Source: Schmidtea polychroa
Lineage: Eukaryota
NCBI GenBank assembly: GCA_044892525.1
Contig: CM097885.1
Location: forward strand, 186,200,118 to 186,250,000
DNA: 49,883 nucleotides
Reading direction: 5' to 3'
A program made the translations under genes and the position numbers. Shown piece after piece: positions 49,001-49,883 of the stretch (positions within the stretch are counted from its first letter, which is position 1; every line of letters begins with the position of its first letter). The notes below the pieces were generated by a model, which searched no databases, was not told where the DNA came from, and saw only the letters and a list, made by a program, of their open reading frames with translations.

Positions 49001-49094
49001 GTAATCACGGCAGAATCACTCCCATCGGATTTGAAACAGATGAAAAAACTTTTCCCTTCCCTGATGAGCTTTACAAACGCCCAAATTATTATTG
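962..49094 (+). CDS. VPS13D: VPS13D-like bridge lipid-transfer protein, partial multi-exon gene (20 exons; start and stop outside the window)
   Basis: Twenty GT-AG exons join in phase. Motifs match my recollection of VPS13D in collinear order: PKEWWVFAI, SGWWGYLWG, SLKISAPKIILP, VCLIDDCIDADVPL, GWTPVIEPWP, VTVDKLGIFYR, LYNIGLEIRPGRGK, ARYLLDNRSS, FHWPRDDLDQLL, YALDEPTLPP, RSQLW, RPGSGEVLVSVVTDGPTRV, LEEKMLLK. Confidence 0.93.
1152..1402 (+). CDS. VPS13D: VPS13D exon B, phase 0 to 2
   Basis: Follows a 46-nt intron; YIVNPISLHGIMKRN...LSQRQYK...KYRPRVSV; donor gttagt. Confidence 0.9.
1733..4154 (-). mobile_element. Full-length, inactivated Tigger/pogo DNA transposon (2,422 bp)
   Basis: 22-bp TIRs at 1733-1754 and 4133-4154 (20/22 match); TA at 1731-1732 and 4155-4156; disrupted transposase inside. 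Confidence 0.93.
2180..3760 (-). pseudogene. Tigger transposase pseudogene (psq HTH, CENP-B HTH, DDE_1; DD30D spacing)
   Basis: SVAKSLNFNESTVRTLK; MAKMERLLIL*LED; QIFNADETALYWKKLPSRTY; LLIVDNHISH...FPPNYTSLIQPLDQG; frameshifts and stops. Confidence 0.9.
6647..6668. repeat. (TA)11 microsatellite
   Basis: Read directly from the sequence. Confidence 0.95.
7238..7365. mobile_element. Short degenerate Buster/Charlie-type hAT MITE
   Basis: Termini CAGCGATATCCAAACTATTT and AAATAGTTTAGTCACCACTG (15/20 inverted match); flanks TTGTAGAA / TTCTAAAA (6/8, nnnTAnnn). Confidence 0.5.
8221..8473 (+). CDS. VPS13D: VPS13D exon C, phase 2 to 0
   Basis: ttatag|C CCT AAA GAG TGG TGG = PKEWWVFAI; missing from the ORF track; donor gtttaa. 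Confidence 0.9.
8525..8728 (+). CDS. VPS13D: VPS13D exon D, phase 0 to 0
   Basis: Follows a 51-nt intron; QQSGWWGYLWGS; donor gtaatt. Confidence 0.88.
8809..8916 (+). CDS. VPS13D: VPS13D exon E, phase 0 to 0
   Basis: Follows an 80-nt intron; FFTRDRIFLRGEFSLDGIKLKLL; donor gtaaaa. Confidence 0.88.
8962..9209 (+). CDS. VPS13D: VPS13D exon F, phase 0 to 2
   Basis: Follows a 45-nt intron; FESRPQYSS...IGLRSLFVKDL...FALAFEVNP; donor gttagt. Confidence 0.88.
9681..9867. repeat. 20-bp AT-rich minisatellite, about 9 copies
   Basis: Unit TG(A/G)TTATTAAATTATTAAAT repeats in register from 9701 to 9860, with degenerate edge copies. Confidence 0.95.
10279..11011. mobile_element. Non-autonomous hAT element (733 bp, TAGG(G)...CCCTA termini)
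   Basis: TIRs TAGGCATAGTCGATT / AATCGGCTATGCCCTA; TSD CAAAGATT / CAAAGATG (7/8); CCGGA/TCGG-rich subtermini. Confidence 0.75.
11200..11803 (-). pseudogene. Decayed gag-like ORF, probably from an LTR retrotransposon
   Basis: Broken frames IKPPELYKPKGNLKKFIEFKRFFEL...LKASFKKPASLASDMRAALSYRK...FLEKIDKLAK resemble Gypsy gag; motif recall only. Confidence 0.45.
12409..12812. mobile_element. Tigger/pogo-type MITE (404 bp)
   Basis: 22-bp TIRs GACCAATCACTCGCTTTACGAA vs CACCAATACCTCGCTTAACGAA (18/22); TA at 12407-12408 and 12813-12814. Confidence 0.8.
12980..13901 (-). mobile_element. MULE/Mutator transposase remnant (FLYWCH-like finger plus catalytic C-terminal part)
   Basis: LLFIDD...KMYLLCTKKEVCKARL; PETLMIHFKMATINAF*SMLPNS..GCLFNFNQSL; LPFILEDV; TNNVVEGVHSRF; IWKFLD. 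Confidence 0.85.
14489..14586 (+). CDS. VPS13D: VPS13D exon G, phase 2 to 1
   Basis: tttag|A TTG GCA...; LAISSEPLTIVHCPLLIANIQEYF; donor gtaaat. Confidence 0.87.
14639..15316 (+). CDS. VPS13D: VPS13D exon H, phase 1 to 1
   Basis: Follows a 52-nt intron; WWVSLKISAPKIILP, VLLDLGRL, EDFVTPCSSP, IYDEYSIKL; donor gtactt. Confidence 0.92.
16379..16925 (+). mobile_element. Tc1/mariner remnant: transposase C-terminal fragment between long inverted repeats
   Basis: MWFINDGIHAHF..VKEYLN..F..KWMG...IFERVRYS matches WFQHDGAPAHF...RWIG...FERVRQS; inverted repeat core 16412-16441 / 16801-16830; degenerate TIR near 16900-16925. Confidence 0.75.
17725..18518 (+). CDS. VPS13D: VPS13D exon I, phase 1 to 0
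   Basis: ttttag|AT ACT; IQLESGSRPLAEL, LDFILASHK, LDVIANQETLIELLSF; donor gtattt. Confidence 0.92.
18646..18945. mobile_element. MULE-like MITE (300 bp)
   Basis: 43-bp TIRs at 18646-18688 and 18903-18945 (41/43); internal GGCAAATG/CATTTG repeats; superfamily is inferred. Confidence 0.75.
18946..19010. repeat. Compound (AC)5 plus (TA)27 microsatellite
   Basis: Read directly from the sequence. Confidence 0.95.
19285..19400. mobile_element. Possible non-autonomous Helitron/Helentron-like fragment
   Basis: TATGTATGTTTG...GATCGGATCGAGCTGAAATTTTGCA resembles invertebrate DINE/HINE-like cores; no termini identified. Confidence 0.3.
19813..21672 (+). CDS. VPS13D: VPS13D exon J (620 codons), phase 0 to 0
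   Basis: ttcag|ACA AAT ATG; SPILALPR, SASCPDL, VDADFNQL, AWVILLDFFG, VYIHTQRF; donor gtaatt. Confidence 0.93.
21816..21906. repeat. Dispersed repeat, copy 1 (related to 27921 and the arms at 47324-47528)
   Basis: AAATTCACTTGAAAAAAGGCAGTGCTGAAAATTCGTGAATATCAAAAACATCGATATAT. Confidence 0.85.
23153..24031 (+). CDS. VPS13D: VPS13D exon K, phase 0 to 0
   Basis: tttag|GAT CGA; QAPLLLLPVS, LVVDLGKL, QYRTIRGVLAHNLGE; donor gtaaat. Confidence 0.92.
24485..25020. mobile_element. TA-flanked Tc1/mariner/pogo-type MITE (536 bp)
   Basis: Termini CCCTATATACTCGCGTATAAGT / ACTTATACACAAGTCTATACGT (17/22 inverted match); repeated (C)GACTTAT subterminal motifs; TA at 25021-25022. Confidence 0.75.
25785..25843. 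mobile_element. Isolated Tigger-like terminus
   Basis: AAACCGTACTAATCGAGGAACTAGC|TA resembles a Tigger right end; 10-bp inverted pair TAGTACGGTT / AACCGTACTA; partner TIR not found. Confidence 0.45.
25920..26900 (-). pseudogene. Second, more decayed Tigger transposase remnant
   Basis: IFNADETGLFWKK; GYKISKDRL; LPVLWRSNKKTW; DAPGHP; PNSTSLIQPMYQ (third Asp changed to Tyr); DPNINRSLKF. Confidence 0.88.
27921..28017. repeat. Dispersed repeat, copy 2
   Basis: AAATTCACTTGAAAAAGGCAGTGCCGAAAATTCGTGAGTACCAAAAAGCATCGATATAT, collinear with the 21816 copy. Confidence 0.85.
29511..30291 (+). CDS. VPS13D: VPS13D exon L, phase 0 to 1
   Basis: taag|GAC GAT; KMKAIMIFDW, LSIINPV, KIRLSFSDIQL; donor gtaagt. 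Confidence 0.9.
32184..33386 (+). CDS. VPS13D: VPS13D exon M (APT1-like region into VAB/SHR-binding repeats), phase 1 to 1
   Basis: Only the acceptor at 32182-32183 preserves phase; CLIDDCIDADVPL, GWTPVIEPWP, IIIRSPLQLCN; donor gtgagt. Confidence 0.92.
35469..35606. other. Assembly gap (138 N) inside an intron
   Basis: N run; exons M and N are phase-compatible across it. Confidence 0.99.
36002..36384 (+). CDS. VPS13D: VPS13D exon N, phase 1 to 0
   Basis: ttcag|AT GCC; PGHLITISAPFSLENRLPCDV, IRLYDDQNRLLEL; donor gttttg. Confidence 0.92.
37314..37399. repeat. 86-bp inverted duplicate of 38981-39066
   Basis: 84/86 match to the reverse complement of 38981-39066. Confidence 0.95.
37600..39012. 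mobile_element. Buster/Charlie-type hAT element (1,413 bp) with a nested second hAT
   Basis: Termini CAGTGTTTCCGAAA / TTTGTGAAAAACTG; perfect TSD CACTAGAC at 37592-37599 and 39013-39020 (nnnTAnnn). Confidence 0.85.
37860..38982 (-). mobile_element. 5' part of a Tip100/ZMYM1-like hAT (TTF-type zinc finger N-terminus)
   Basis: Terminus CAGGCCCGGCG at 38982; ORF 38486-37959 with DIGLWP, YPRDENNRSFS, NGEKFLRKWLHYSESKNSVFCF; after a frameshift CKLF...DWKNIH..LKMHE...H. Confidence 0.8.
39807..40320 (+). CDS. VPS13D: VPS13D exon O, phase 0 to 1 (alternative in-phase donor after 40305)
   Basis: ttttag|GTA AAA; ISALYWIVNRTSLPLVY, YNIGLEIRPGRGK, RYLLDNRSS. Confidence 0.88.
41293..41461 (+). CDS. VPS13D: VPS13D exon P, phase 1 to 2
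   Basis: ttttcag|AT AAA; FHWPRDDLDQLL, SGGFQID, SFHVYLR; donor gtaaat. Confidence 0.9.
41512..41770 (+). CDS. VPS13D: VPS13D exon Q, phase 2 to 0
   Basis: Follows a 50-nt intron; LRVTITLQGARYRVVFTDADDLPSPYKLEN, YALDEPTLPP; donor gtttta. Confidence 0.92.
42385..42612. repeat. Imperfect (ATT)n microsatellite interrupted by a 71-bp insert
   Basis: Read directly; it creates the spurious poly-Ile ORF 42241-42645. Confidence 0.92.
43000..44900 (-). mobile_element. Heavily decayed LINE ORF2 remnant (AP endonuclease and linker), interrupted by a hAT
   Basis: GKLIFLVRDSI, NDFNGVDI and QNVSEGPSLKGSSTLLFITGN occur in the order expected for CR1/L2-type endonucleases; many stops. Confidence 0.4.
43989..44374 (+). 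mobile_element. Internally deleted Buster/Charlie hAT (386 bp)
   Basis: TIRs 13/16; TSD GTATAGAA / GTGTAGAA (7/8); fragment SNEAMKPSRMKDHL...YFQHLKAQFDKRPTL. Confidence 0.88.
45157..45564 (+). CDS. VPS13D: VPS13D exon R (ricin-B-like region), phase 0 to 0
   Basis: tatag|GGT GGA; LYYDNFLYIAI, RSQLW, HEGSIAP, DPRRVKYQRWFF; donor gtcagt. Confidence 0.92.
46631..47334. mobile_element. 5'-truncated, internally inverted Penelope-like element
   Basis: Plus strand 47017-47334: MCFRKNIVHCIAC..KEIYIGSTLRTLYQRVKE...SVYKHLQQC, then KEAILI (GIY-YIG). Minus strand 47013-46631: KILHRNGY...IRIAHKSWTLRKAL...CTMENC* then IVYRITCNVCKEIY (linker plus GIY-YIG start). Confidence 0.87.
47324..47528. repeat. Palindrome with 93-bp arms (47324-47416 and 47436-47528) and a 19-bp spacer
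   Basis: Arms are reverse complements with about 5-6 mismatches. Confidence 0.95.
48182..48757 (+). CDS. VPS13D: VPS13D exon S (entry into VPS13_C), phase 0 to 0; donor could instead follow 48772
   Basis: tttag|GGT GGA; RPGSGEVLVSVVTDGPTRV, PEELLYA, IQIDNQ. Confidence 0.85.
48803..49094 (+). CDS. VPS13D: VPS13D exon T (VPS13_C); 3' boundary less certain
   Basis: tatag|ATG CAT; LEEKMLLK, IYIGNLKL, LPSDLKQMK, FTNAQI; candidate donor gtaggt; next exon not identified. Confidence 0.8.
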
Positions 49095-49883
49095 GTAGGT
49101 TTATAGTACATTCTTAATTTTGTATCGTTGAATGAAGGTCAATGGGGCAATGTTTCTACTAAGGGCTTCACTAACCTACTTTCATTGGTTTACTGGTTTT
49201 ATCTGACTCCATTGTGTTATCATTGCAATATGTCACATGGAGATTCTATAAATAGTAACATACAATTCGGGTGCAAATACATAATTTATATCTTCCTGAA
49301 GAGTTTTAAATTGAATTCAATGAATTTAAAATATTTAGAGATGTATTGATTATTTAATTTTAAATATTAAAAATCAATAATAATATCAAAAAACTTGATA
49401 TATGATTTTTATTGAATTTTATTTGGAGTCTAATTAATCCCAAATGTGTTTAGATATATTTCTTATGTCTTGTAATTATTTTGAATTTGGAAATTATGTA
49501 ATTTCTAAACCTTTTTATATTATCCACTAGAGAATTTATTTCTATGTCACCCAGGCAACAATAATTGGGGAAATGGAAAATGTTAAAAATCGATAATATG
49601 AAGATGACAGTATCAAAAATATCTAGATTTAGTAATACAATTTTTTCAAATCCAAAATTGTGTTGAAAAATATTAGAATATCAAATAATTTGATTCAAAA
49701 GAAGCAAAATTTTTCATCAATAATGATTTCTATTGATTTTACCAAATTTCTTTTAAATTCCGCGCCACAAATTTAAATGACATTTACTATAATAAATATA
49801 AATTATTATCAAAATTCAATCATATTTCGTTGATTTCAACAGAGTCGGTGAATTGAATGCGTTACATGAGTAAAAAGTAACTT

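Noticed and set aside
49128-49600. ORF 49128-49349 and the acceptor at 49529-49530 as the next VPS13D exon
   Set aside because: Neither gives the expected VPS13_C continuation, and the frames close quickly. The next exon is probably beyond the window.
1-49883. tRNA, rRNA, CRISPR arrays or a novel multi-gene system
   Set aside because: None seen. All substantial coding signal is explained by one spliced gene plus transposon debris.

Overview
This is AT-rich eukaryotic (animal) genomic DNA. The whole window lies inside one plus-strand gene, a divergent VPS13D bridge-like lipid-transfer protein. I traced 20 GT-AG exons from 962 to about 49094 that join in phase at every junction (about 10.1 kb, about 3,370 codons). 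The start and stop codons lie outside the window. The exons run from the chorein N-terminal region through the VAB/SHR-binding repeats and ricin-like domain into VPS13_C. Seven introns are tiny (45-80 nt) and twelve are 1-7 kb. The long introns hold decayed mobile elements: two Tigger/pogo transposons, TA-flanked MITEs, several hAT elements with 8-bp TSDs, a MULE remnant and MULE-like MITE, a Tc1/mariner fragment, a gag-like remnant, a LINE endonuclease remnant and a rearranged Penelope-like element. I found no RNA genes, CRISPR arrays or prokaryotic features, and nothing I can honestly call a new multi-gene system. The most unusual observations are the apparent loss of the VPS13D UBA domain, an 86-bp inverted duplication of a hAT junction, a 93-bp palindrome at the Penelope 3' end with dispersed copies, and an inverted repeat bracketing two exons. 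Family calls come from recalled motifs, not database searches. The species cannot be determined; a planarian-like invertebrate is only a guess.
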